Of a stretch of 64,000 nucleotides of DNA, positions 13,480-25,164 are shown one piece after another. Both the position numbers and the translations under genes were made by a program. Source of the DNA: Geosiphon pyriformis uo1. Lineage: Eukaryota > Fungi > Glomeromycota. A model generated the notes under the pieces. That model had not been told where the DNA came from, ran no database searches, and saw only the letters and a program-made list of their open reading frames with translations. The stretch is from the NCBI GenBank assembly GCA_016748015.1, contig JAAOMT010000602.1:1501696-1565695 (forward strand), given 5' to 3'. Positions within the stretch are counted from its first letter, which is position 1. Each line of letters starts with the position of its first letter.

Positions 13480-15687
13480 TAATTGGATGTATTTGGTTCA
13501 ATAACTATAATTGGTTCCAGATCTTGTAAAATCTCATCTGATTGGACTAGTATTTTCTGTACTCCTAGCTGTGAAATATTACTAGTGAATAATACTATAT
13601 AATGATATGGTTTCAGTCAATCACCATGTGCTGCTTTGACTAAAATTTTGTTATTCCATCTTAATTTATAAGCTCTATTTCCTAGAATTTCTTCTATGTG
13701 AAATGGTCTGTCCCATTTGAAATCAAATTTTTTACTTTATTGTTTTTTCACTTTGGTACGATGTAAAAGTACTTTGTCTCCAATTCTGAATTTGACTGGT
13801 TTATATAGTAGCTGGTTATCATGTCTTTCTTTTTGTTTTTCTTGTGACTTTTAAATGTTATTAGCTGCTTTTTGCCATTTGTTTTTTAGTGTTTCTATTA
13901 AGTTATATGTTCTTTTCAACAATGTTTTTTGCAAATTCTCTTCTGTTATTGGTTCTGTTGGATATGTTTTGACTTTTATCTCAACTGGTAATGTTGCTGT
14001 TCTACTGTATATTAATTCAAATAGTATTGCTTGTATAGTGTCTTGTTTCATTGTTTGGTAAGCAAATAATACTAATGGTATGAATAAATCTCATTCATCT
14101 TGGTTTTTCTGGCTAATCTTGGCTATTGTTTCACATAGTGTTCTGTTAAATCCTTCAACTAACCCATTTGTTTGTGGATGATATGGTAATGATAATAGTC
14201 TTTTTATTCCAAATTTTTGACTTAATTCTGCTATTGTTCTATTCACAAAATGAGTTCCTTGATCTGATAATAGTTCTTTTGAACATCCATGTCAACATAT
14301 TAAATCTTAATGAACAAATTTGGCAATGGATTCTGTATTTGCTCTTTGAATGGCTTTTGCTTCTGGCCATTTAGTGAGATAATCTATGGCTACTGCAATA
14401 TATTTGTTGTCTCTGCTAGTAATTGTTAATGGTTCAACTAAGTCAATTCCAATGTGATCAAATAATTGTTCTACTTTGATTAATCTTAATGGTTCATTGG
14501 GTCTTGTTCCTTTTCTTCTCTGACAAGCATCATAATTTTGAACATATTAGATAATATTTGAATACATTGATGGCCAATAGTATCTTTTTCTGGTTCTTTT
14601 CATAGTTGCTTTTTTATGAAAGTGTTCTGCTGTTAGATTTGAGTGCATGTTGAATAATATTATCTCTTTTTCTGATTCTGTGATTACTTTGGTTGGTTGA
14701 TCTGTATTTTTTTTGTTCTTCTGGTAAAGTATATTTTGATAGTTAATAAAATGTTTTAATTGTTGTTTTATGTTATTTTGTTCTTTTTGAGATAATTTCT
14801 CCTTGAATGATTGGGTATTTATATAATGTTGGAGTTGTTGGTATTTTTGTATATTCATTTTTTTGTTATATTTTGGGTTGAAATGTTTTTAGATTTGTTT
14901 TATTCACAACAATCCATCAGCATTTCCGTTTTTTTTTCCTTTTTTGTAATGTACTATATAATTAAATAGTGAAAGTTCTATTTTCCATCTGACATGGTGA
15001 TTGTTTCCAAATTTTTGCTTCTGAATTGAAGTCAATTCTTTATAATCAGTGTACACATCAAACTTTTGATTCAAGTATTTTTTCTATTTGATGACAGCCC
15101 AATAAATAGCTAAGTGTTCCAATACTGGAGTTTTATAGTTTTTTTCAGCTGGACTTAAGCTTCTGCTGGCATAAGCTACTAGATGTTCTTGTCCATCTGG
15201 TTTTTTCTAAAATAATACTGCTTCCAATGCTTGATCAAATACATCAATTGTGATTATGAATGGCTTGCTATAATTTAGATAGATTAGTACTGAAGCTTAA
15301 ATAAGCTTTTTTCTTAATATATTAAAAGCTTCTTGCTAAGTTTCTGTCTATTTATATTTAGTGTTTTTTGTTTGGAATTGGTATAGTAGTTGAGCTATTT
15401 TGGAAAAGTTTTTGATAAAACAATAGTAGTATCCAGCAAATTCCAAGAATGCTCTTAATTCTGTAAGATTATTTGGTACTGAAAAGTTTTTAACAATCTT
15501 GTCTGAATCTGTTTTGATCCCATCTTTGCTTACAACATGTCCCAAAAACTTGAGTTCTGTTTTGTCAAAGAGACATTTATTGGCATTTAATTTCAATTCT
15601 GCTCATTTGAATCTCTCAAACACTTGTTAGAGATGATGCAGATGATTATTAAATGTTTTTGAGAACATGTTAATGTCATTCAAGTAT
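13480..15687 (-). pseudogene. pol 3' part of element C: RT C-terminus, RNase H, integrase
   Basis: YLNDINMFS (YLDD), LKFLGHVVS, LRAFLEFAGYY, HLVAYASRSL, VYTDY, HSNLTAEHF...YYWP, IGIDLV, GLVEGFNRT. Confidence 0.92.
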
Positions 15688-15691
15688 ACGA

Positions 15692-16544
15692 TATTACAGG
15701 TGATTATTTCTGCTGTCGAATTAAATAACAAATTTATAACTTGGTGCTTAAAAGCTACTTCTGTGGATGAGGTTCTGCAAGTGTTGTATCTGAAGGTTTT
15801 GATGGAGTTCTTTGTATAATGGACAGAGATTCAATAGTGTCAATAGTAGATATATCTTTCAAGAGTTTTTCCAATTTCTTTCTCAGCGTGGTGGCCGGAT
15901 TTAGTCTGGTAGTCGTGCCCTTCTGGTAAGCTATCCGATAATATATAAAATCCTACCCTTATTTCTGGATCTTTTACCAGACTATTCTTGATGTCAATAA
16001 CTCAGTGCTTAATCTTTTAATCAATTAGTATACAACAACAAAATTAAAAGAAAAAAAATAAAATAAAGAAAATAAAAATAAAGAAAATAGAGAAAATAAG
16101 CCAAAGCAATTTGGTACATTAGTATTTCATCAATAGCCATGATCAAGAGCTATTGTTCCAGTGTGGTTAAGTATCAATTACTATCAACATGAAGTGTTGA
16201 TAGTAGAAAGTGAGTTGAGATATGGAATAATTATTTATTTGATAATTGGAAACTAGAATGTTGCTTAGATTAAATCTAAACTGGAAGGTCTGTCTTTTCA
16301 GCTTTTAATCCTACTGCTATATATACATAATTGAGATTCCTCAATTCCTCAATTCTTTGCAACAGAAATCCTGCGATTCCTGATAAGAGGAATCCTGCAA
16401 TTTTGGAATCCTGCAATTCCTCATCGGAGAATTTTGCAATTTCTCTGAGAAAAATTCTGGAATTCCACATTTATTATGTTTACCTCTGATTGGCTAATAT
16501 CTACTGACTAATAATACTATATTTCTTATATTCTATGAGTAACA
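15692..16544 (-). mobile_element. Solo LTR inserted in the RT active-site region of element C
   Basis: Related to the element C LTRs. TSD acga (15688-15691) / acaa (16545-16548). Removal restores in-frame KSVVVYLND. Confidence 0.9.
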
Positions 16545-17110
16545 ACAACTACTGATTTCCATAGTAGCCCAGTATAAACAATTTCTATAAGTCACTGGAA
16601 AGTGGCTGGAGCATTCATTAAGCCAAATGGCATAACCTCAAATTCAAAATTCTTTTCTCATGTTGTAAAAGCCATTTTCTCTTTATCTTCCAGTTTTATG
16701 GCTACTTGCCAGTAACCACTGTCTAAGTTTAAAGTTAAGAACCATTTTTTCCTTCCAAAAGCATTAAATAGCTCTTAAATCTTTGGTGTCAAGTAACTAT
16801 CTCTTTTTGTTACTCCATTTAGTTTCCAGTAATCCACACAAAAGTGGATTTTCCCATTTTTCTTATGGACTAATACCACTGGTGATAACCATGGGCTCAT
16901 TGATGGCTGAATTAGTCTATTGTTAAGCATCTAATTGATTTCTTGACAAATAATCTCATGGCTGGCTGGTGGTACTCTGTATGCTCTTTGTTTAATTGGC
17001 ATTGCATTTCCAGTCTTGATCTGATGCTGGATTATGACAGTTCTGCCAAATTCATTTTTACTTGCAAAGATGTCATTGAAGTTGTTAAGTAATATTTTAA
17101 ACTACATATG
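16545..17110 (-). pseudogene. Reverse transcriptase N-terminal half of element C
   Basis: PIKQRAYRVP, SPWLSPVVLV, FCVDYWKLN, LDSGYWQV, VMPFGLMNAPATFQ. Confidence 0.92.
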
Positions 17111-17574
17111 TTGTAGTAAGTCTAGATTTCCCAAGTTTATCTGTTCTAATTGTTCTGGTTGGAGTAGATAACACTCTTTTCATTCATATATTGTTTGAGA
17201 TGTGATATTTACATATCTACACAATTGTGGAAAGTCTGAAATGGTGTTTGGCAGTTGTTCTTTAATTTTGGTGGTTAAGTATCCAATAGTGGTTCCTTCT
17301 GGTATCTCAATAATATTTTCTGTATTATTATAAATGGGAATTTTGATATGTTTATGGTTTTTTGCTAGTATGTATAAATTGACTAGTTCAATCTTTCTTG
17401 ATTTACAAAGTGTTGCTTCTGCCTCAAAAATCTGAACCTAATTTTTTACTTTTCTTTTTATGACTACCATGCACTGATCATATGATAGAATAAAAATTGA
17501 TTGATAAACAAAGATAATTTCTTCCTTGTCAACAGTTTTTTTTTCTGCCATATTAAATAGTATATCTATTCTAT

Positions 17575-17965
17575 TCATAAATCCGAAACTCTATATTCCT
17601 CTCACTGTAATTCCTAATTTCTCTCTGTTTTTTACTAATATTAATTGAGCTATTTTAACCAGAGGCAGGAATATTGTCTGTGCTATCTTTTCATTTGGCT
17701 CTATGATATAGACTTTTTTTGAGTCATTTTGTAGCATTGCAATGATATTTCTTACATACTCTGTGTCAATTATTTTTCTTCTGATGTTGATTCTTTTTTT
17801 TGCTAAACTACTTCTAAATGCTAGTTGAACCATTGTTGTTGCTGGAATTTTTAGTGCTACTTTAAGATCAATACAAGTGCATGAATGTGGCTCCAATTTA
17901 ATGGCATCTTTTTTCAAATATTTTAGATCAAATCCTGCATCAGTATCATGTGCTTGTTCTGACAT
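17575..17965 (-). pseudogene. dUTPase domain within Gypsy pol
   Basis: Five trimeric-dUTPase motifs, decayed: AGFDL, RSSLA, IIDTEYVRNI, KIAQ, RGI*SFG. Confidence 0.9.
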
Positions 17966-19180
17966 GATGTCTTCATTGTTATCACTGAACCATTTGAATT
18001 TTTGTTCCTTGAAGAGATTAGAAAAAGCAATATATGTTTTTAAGTTTGAATCAGAGTATGAATTATTGTTATTTTTGTTGCCATTTTGAATGGAGCTGGA
18101 ACTGTTATTCTCGTTATCATTATTGTCAGAATTTGAATCGGGATTGACATTTGATTTCGATTTTGATGGGCAGCTGCTGATTGGTTTATTTTTCTCTGAA
18201 ATTATATAGATCATGTGTGGTGGTGGATTGTAAATGAGATCACACTCATTACAATATTGAAAATCACATGGGATCAGACAGTGATTATATAACTGGGTGT
18301 TTATTTCTTCTAAACACTGTTCTTGCTCTTCTCTTATTGGTGCCAAATTTTGATGGTATTCATAAAACTTCTCTGAACCTGTCTTTAAGTCGAAAAAAGC
18401 ATCTGGATTTGGGATAAAGACAATGTCAACTGGTTCTAAAAAATTATTTTTAATTTTCAAGATTTTGCTGGATGTGGCTCCCTCAACTTTGGTATTCACC
18501 ATTCTTCAAATTTTGTCTTCATCATGTGGGTAGCCATCTAAGTGAGTTATTGCTCAGTGCCAGACTGCAGTAATAAGAGTATTACAATTGACCCAGTTGC
18601 TTATGAGGATTGTGTATTGGCATGACACATTGCACATTCGTCCTTGACTAGGAATGTTATTCCACATTCCTTTGTTAAATAACTATTCGCCACAAGTAAA
18701 ACATGGTTTATTGTCCCACTTTTCCTGTTTCTTTGGGTAACCATAGCATTCCCTATAACATGGCTTGCAGTAGTAGTGGGTTCTGGTCCAATAGTTTTTG
18801 TTAGAGACTATCCAAGCTTTTATGGAGGAAAGTTTCTTTTTATAATTCTTGCATTTAAAGAGTATATATGGTGGCTCTTTTATTGGCTCATATAAGTACT
18901 CTTTTTCTCAGCCACTAGTTATTTTTTCTGTAGTAGCATCTTTTTCTGGTGTATTTTCTTCCTTTCTTTTTTTTTTGTTGTTCCAAAAGAATACTAATGA
19001 TAGCTCATTGTGTTTAGTGTTAGCCCAGGAAACTTGGTATGCTTCTTAAGTAGGTTTTTTTTTTTTTTTTCTAATTCAATAAGTGGCTTGTCATTGATAG
19101 TGGTCTTGAAGTGACCACAAGTGGCTGGCACACATATGTGGTGGCCATTCTGGCTAAGCTGCAGTTTTTAGATGTTTTAA

Positions 19181-22100
19181 TCAAGCATGGCATTGGTTTT
19201 GTACAGCCAGTTGTTTTCAATAAGAGCTTGATACTAAGTTGCTTTCATTACCAATACTTTGATTGATATTATGATGCCATTGACTTCAAATGGAAAGTTG
19301 TCTATTTTATCAATTAGAGTTTTGGTCACTCCATTAGCAGTTATAATTCTGGTGCTGGCAGCATGATCAACTTGGCAACCTAATTGGTTCATGAATTGTC
19401 ATGTAATAATGCTGCTTGCTGACTCATTATCAAGGATAAGCTTGATAGAGTGGCCATCAACTTTGGCATCAGTGTACATAGCAGTGATTGGTTTTTCCTC
19501 AAGTGCAGTTCTACTAAATAAAGACATAGATATTAGTTTCTTAAGTTCAAATGGAAAGATAGCTACAAGTAATTTGTCATTGGTAACAGTAATTGGAGGT
19601 ATATTGCTGGTGAGTGGTTGTTTTGGCTGGGTTTCATGTTGTTGAATGAGGCATTTTTTGGGATTATCAGGAGACTTAAATAGTTTTAAGAATTCAGGTT
19701 TTAGGTATATCCAGTTCTTGAATTTTGCTGGCATGATTCCGATGACTGATTTAAGAAGGTGAGAATTGGTTGGTGAACAATCATTGCCAATCTCCAGTTT
19801 TGAGTGACTTTAGGTCTGAGATTTTTTGATGTCATCTGAGCTGAGTTTGGGGTAAAAATTACCAGTGTCTAATAAATTACTTGTGGCTGTGGTGGTTGAT
19901 AGATTATGGGTGTTATTGGTTAATAGATTGCTGCTGGAGACTGATATACTGGAAGTGAGTATAATTGCTGTATCATTGGGGTTTGATAAATCAGTTGCAT
20001 CATTGGAAAATAATGTAATTGAGATTAGTATTATTCTGATAATTAATTACTATCATAATTCTGAGTTTGAAGTCAGTAATTAGAGTTTTAATACTAATTA
20101 GCTGATCTTAGATTGCTTATCTTTTTTCAACATTTGAATTGCAAATGTTTTTGTTTACCACAATAGTAACATACACATGTTTTTTGCTGCCACTGGTGAT
20201 TGGTTGACACTGCTAAACATGGTTGATTTTAGATGTGATTAGGGTTTTCTTGATTATTGTGCTATTGAAAAGGTTGATAAATTGTTTGATTGTTGTTAGC
20301 TAAGTATTTCTCTAATTTCTGATTGATTGATTTACTGAATTGCTTCAATTTGGAATTCAAGTCAGATGATTCATTCATTACTAGATTTATGGCTTGGGTG
20401 TGGTTGGCTTCAAGTTTAGCTGCTTTAAAATCTCTGGCATTTGTAACTGTGGCTTGAAGGTTTGCTAAATGCATTAGGCATATATATTGGAAGATGCTAT
20501 TGTGCAGGTCTCTAATGAATTGATTTAGAATTTGTGGCACTGTAAAATAATCAGCTTAGATTGTCTGGATTTGGTGCAGATTCCTATGGAAGCATTCTAA
20601 GTAGATAGTGACTGTTTCATTCTCTCCTTGCTTAATGGTAGTGAAAGTGTTGGCCAATCAGTTGATGCTATTATTATTGCTGAAATATTATAGGAATGCA
20701 AGCTTGAATGCATTAAAATTTTGAGGTTTGTTAACCAGATTTTGATACCATAAGTTGGTAGTACCCTGAAAAAAGTATAGAATGGCTTGCATGGCTCTGG
20801 TGTTATTTTATTTATTGGCTGTAATGGCTTTTTCAATATTGTTTAGCCACACTTGGGCATTGTTTTCTTCACCCATGAACTTTTTGAGTTTTGCTATTAA
20901 AGTATAGACTATTGGATCTAAGTTTGGTTGTTGTTGTTGTTGTTGCTATTAAAGTGGCTGCTGTGATTGTTGAGGTGATTAAAATAGTTATTGAATAGAT
21001 TGCTAAAGTGGCTGCTGTTGAATTGGTTTAATAATTGGTTCAATTGGTGACTGATCGATGACAATTACTGGAGATAAGTTTTTTTGATTAATTGTTTTGG
21101 AGTTTGGATTGTTTTGAGTTTGCTGAGTTTGAATGTTTGGAGTTTCAATTTCCGGATTTTTTAGGATTAGGTTTTGGTAAGTAAATTCTTAATCCTCACT
21201 TTCTTCTTCTGATTCCATTACTTTCCACAAACTTGTGGTTCCAAAGTCTGGTTGAGGTAGCAGTGATCAAAATTCTAATGGCATTGGTGATCACAATTTA
21301 AATCCTTCTAAATATTTGCCATATGGTCCTAATAATTTTGTTTTTTTTGTTTACTTTAAAATAGAAATTATCCAAAGATTAATATTGCATTTGATGTGGA
21401 TGCGTCTGCTAAGGAGATATTGATGGCATTTCTTGATATATAATAGTATAATAGATTGGTTGATAATTCAACTCTGGTTTTCTTCCAAGTGGGTGGTTGT
21501 ATCTTTTTGGGTGTTNNNNNNNNNNNNNNNNNNNNTCAAGCATGGCATTGGTTTTGTACAGCCAGTTGTTTTCAATAAGAGCTTGATACTAAGTTGCTTT
21601 CATTACCAATACTTTGATTGATATTATGATGCCATTGACTTCAAATGGAAAGTTGTCTATTTTATCAATTAGAGTTTTGGTCACTCCATTAGCAGTTATA
21701 ATTCTGGTGCTGGCAGCATGATCAACTTGGCAACCTAATTGGTTCATGAATTGTCATGTAATAATGCTGCTTGCTGACTCATTATCAAGGATAAGCTTGA
21801 TAGAGTGGCCATCAACTTTGGCATCAGTGTACATAGCAGTGATTGGTTTTTCCTCAAGTGCAGTTCTACTAAATAAAGACATAGATATTAGTTTCTTAAG
21901 TTCAAATGGAAAGATAGCTACAAGTAATTTGTCATTGGTAACAGTAATTGGAGGTATATTGCTGGTGAGTGGTTGTTTTGGCTGGGTTTCATGTTGTTGA
22001 ATGAGGCATTTTTTGGGATTATCAGGAGACTTAAATAGTTTTAAGAATTCAGGTTTTAGGTATATCCAGTTCTTGAATTTTGCTGGCATGATTCCGATGA

Positions 22101-23870
22101 CTGATTTAAGAAGGTGAGAATTGGTTGGTGAACAATCATTGCCAATCTCCAGTTTTGAGTGACTTTAGGTCTGAGATTTTTTGATGTCATCTGAGCTGAG
22201 TTTGGGGTAAAAATTACCAGTGTCTAATAAATTACTTGTGGCTGTGGTGGTTGATAGATTATGGGTGTTATTGGTTAATAGATTGCTGCTGGAGACTGAT
22301 ATACTGGAAGTGAGTATAATTGCTGTATCATTGGGGTTTGATAAATCAGTTGCATCATTGGAAAATAATGTAATTGAGATTAGTATTATTCTGATAATTA
22401 ATTACTATCATAATTCTGAGTTTGAAGTCAGTAATTAGAGTTTTAATACTAATTAGCTGATCTTAGATTGCTTATCTTTTTTCAACATTTGAATTGCAAA
22501 TGTTTTTGTTTACCACAATAGTAACATACACATGTTTTTTGCTGCCACTGGTGATTGGTTGACACTGCTAAACATGGTTGATTTTAGATGTGATTAGGGT
22601 TTTCTTGATTATTGTGCTATTGAAAAGGTTGATAAATTGTTTGATTGTTGTTAGCTAAGTATTTCTCTAATTTCTGATTGATTGATTTACTGAATTGCTT
22701 CAATTTGGAATTCAAGTCAGATGATTCATTCATTACTAGATTTATGGCTTGGGTGTGGTTGGCTTCAAGTTTAGCTGCTTTAAAATCTCTGGCATTTGTA
22801 ACTGTGGCTTGAAGGTTTGCTAAATGCATTAGGCATATATATTGGAAGATGCTATTGTGCAGGTCTCTAATGAATTGATTTAGAATTTGTGGCACTGTAA
22901 AATAATCAGCTTAGATTGTCTGGATTTGGTGCAGATTCCTATGGAAGCATTCTAAGTAGATAGTGACTGTTTCATTCTCTCCTTGCTTAATGGTAGTGAA
23001 AGTGTTGGCCAATCAGTTGATGCTATTATTATTGCTGAAATATTATAGGAATGCAAGCTTGAATGCATTAAAATTTTGAGGTTTGTTAACCAGATTTTGA
23101 TACCATAAGTTGGTAGTACCCTGAAAAAAGTATAGAATGGCTTGCATGGCTCTGGTGTTATTTTATTTATTGGCTGTAATGGCTTTTTCAATATTGTTTA
23201 GCCACACTTGGGCATTGTTTTCTTCACCCATGAACTTTTTGAGTTTTGCTATTAAAGTATAGACTATTGGATCTAAGTTTGGTTGTTGTTGTTGTTGTTG
23301 CTATTAAAGTGGCTGCTGTGATTGTTGAGGTGATTAAAATAGTTATTGAATAGATTGCTAAAGTGGCTGCTGTTGAATTGGTTTAATAATTGGTTCAATT
23401 GGTGACTGATCGATGACAATTACTGGAGATAAGTTTTTTTGATTAATTGTTTTGGAGTTTGGATTGTTTTGAGTTTGCTGAGTTTGAATGTTTGGAGTTT
23501 CAATTTCCGGATTTTTTAGGATTAGGTTTTGGTAAGTAAATTCTTAATCCTCACTTTCTTCTTCTGATTCCATTACTTTCCACAAACTTGTGGTTCCAAA
23601 GTCTGGTTGAGGTAGCAGTGATCAAAATTCTAATGGCATTGGTGATCACAATTTAAATCCTTCTAAATATTTGCCATATGGTCCTAATAATTTTGTTTTT
23701 TTTGTTTACTTTAAAATAGAAATTATCCAAAGATTAATATTGCATTTGATGTGGATGCGTCTGCTAAGGAGATATTGATGGCATTTCTTGATATATAATA
23801 GTATAATAGATTGGTTGATAATTCAACTCTGGTTTTCTTCCAAGTGGGTGGTTGTATCTTTTTGGGTGTT
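19181..23870. repeat. Exact tandem duplication of 2335 bp separated by a 20-N gap
   Basis: 19181-21515 equals 21536-23870. ORF translations are identical at offset 2355. Confidence 0.95.
19200..19490 (-). pseudogene. Retroviral-type aspartic protease of element C
   Basis: AKVDGHSIKLILDNESASSII (decayed LDSGS motif), downstream of the gag knuckle. Confidence 0.75.
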
Positions 23871-24230
23871 ACTGCTGGTGTTTGTAATTTTCCTTTGTCT
23901 TTGTCTGTGTAGGTAATGGGAAATTATTGTTGAGTGTACCTCTCAATGGTTTGATTGATTTTCCTAATAATTGGTGTAAAACTGTAGTTTTTTGGTAAGC
24001 TGGTATGTTGAAACAATTCTGTATAGAAATTTTTTCTTGTGGATTCAATGTTAACTGTTCCTCTTAAGTAGTCTGTGATTTTATTGTTGACATAAAAGTT
24101 AAAGGCTGATTCTGCTGAGAAGTGGTTATTGTATAATCCTAATTGTTGGCTGTACTGTTAAAACAAAGATTTGGCAAATCTTAAATGGTTTGCTCCTATA
24201 ATTTCTGATTTTGCCACTTTTGGATAATTG
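22480..24230 (-). pseudogene. gag of element C (duplicated copy at ~20125-21515)
   Basis: KLKKFMGEENNAQVWL...IKQGENETVTTY...QFIRDL capsid-like region and zinc knuckle CYYCGKQKHLQFKC. Confidence 0.8.
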
Positions 24231-24259
24231 TTGTTGGTGCTGGTTCTCTGTATGATTAT

Positions 24260-24277
24260 ACCTCATAGGGAGCACCA
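24260..24277 (-). other. Primer-binding site of element C
   Basis: TGGTGCTCCCTATGAGGT, 2 nt from the LTR end. Complement ends ...GGAGCACCA like a tRNA 3' end. Confidence 0.8.
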
Positions 24278-24279
24278 AA

Positions 24280-25164
24280 TATTACAGGTAATTATTTAGG
24301 GTCTTAAATCAAATAACAAACCTGTAACTTGGTGCTCAATTGATATAATGGTGTTGATAATGTTGGTTTCTGAAGGTTTTGTTGTGAAGTTCTTTGTATA
24401 ATAGACAGAAATTCAATAGTTGTTTTCAGTAGCCTCCCAGAATTGCAATTCTATCCAATTTCTTTCTCAGCGTGGTGGCCAGTAATCTAGCAGAGATATT
24501 TTTTTGGTAAGTTATCCTTAAATTATCAAACTTTATACTCTTCTTTTGAGATCTTTTACCAGACTATCCTTGACATCAATAATTCAGTGTTTTTCTTTTT
24601 AATCAATTAGTAAAACAAAAAAATAACAAAAGAAAATGAAAAGAAAATAAAATAAAGAAAATAAAGAAATAAGCCAAGACAATAAGTATTAGTATCCTGT
24701 TAATAGCTGTGATCAAGAGCTATTGTTCTAGTGTGGTTAAGTATTAATTACTATTAACATAAAGTGTTGATAGTGAAGAGTAAATTGAAATAGTGAATAA
24801 TTATTTATTGATATTTTGTGAATAGAAGGTTGCTTAAATCAAATCTAAACTAAGAGATCTGTCTTTTCTTCTTCTAATGCTACTGCTATATATACATAAT
24901 TGATGTTCTACAAAATCATTTATATTTCTGAGCAATGTGCTATGATTTTTTGAGTAATGCTTATATTGTTGAGCAATGTGCCCTAATTTTCTAACATTGT
25001 TCCACATTGCTAAGCAATGTGTTGTGATTTTTAATATTGCTTTACATTGCTAAGCAATGTGCCCTAATTTCTGACATTGCTCCACATTGCTAAACAATGT
25101 GCTCATGTGCTAACTACTACTTCCTTATTGGTCTGCTATATTTGTTTTCTTTTTATAAGTAACA
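24280..25164 (-). repeat. 5' LTR of element C
   Basis: Colinear with 11906-12773, adjacent PBS, outer end GTAACA followed by the TSD. Confidence 0.92.

Larger units (their letters stand above)
11906..25164 (-). mobile_element. Full-length Ty3/Gypsy LTR retrotransposon (element C): gag-PR-Cys-rich-dUTPase-RT-RH-IN-ORF3, degenerate
   Basis: Two matching LTRs, outer termini TGTTAC...GTAACA, perfect TSD CCAG (11902-11905 and 25165-25168), PBS 24260-24277, PPT 12774-12788, Gypsy domain order. Confidence 0.95.

Noticed and set aside
17591-18502. Stand-alone host dUTPase gene
   Set aside because: Embedded in Gypsy pol between LTRs, with decayed motifs and a stop inside motif 5.
19181-23870. Apparent tandem duplication of gag-protease as a biological feature
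   Set aside because: The copies look identical despite heavy decay elsewhere and meet exactly at a 20-N gap, which is typical of unmerged contig overlap. Long reads would confirm.
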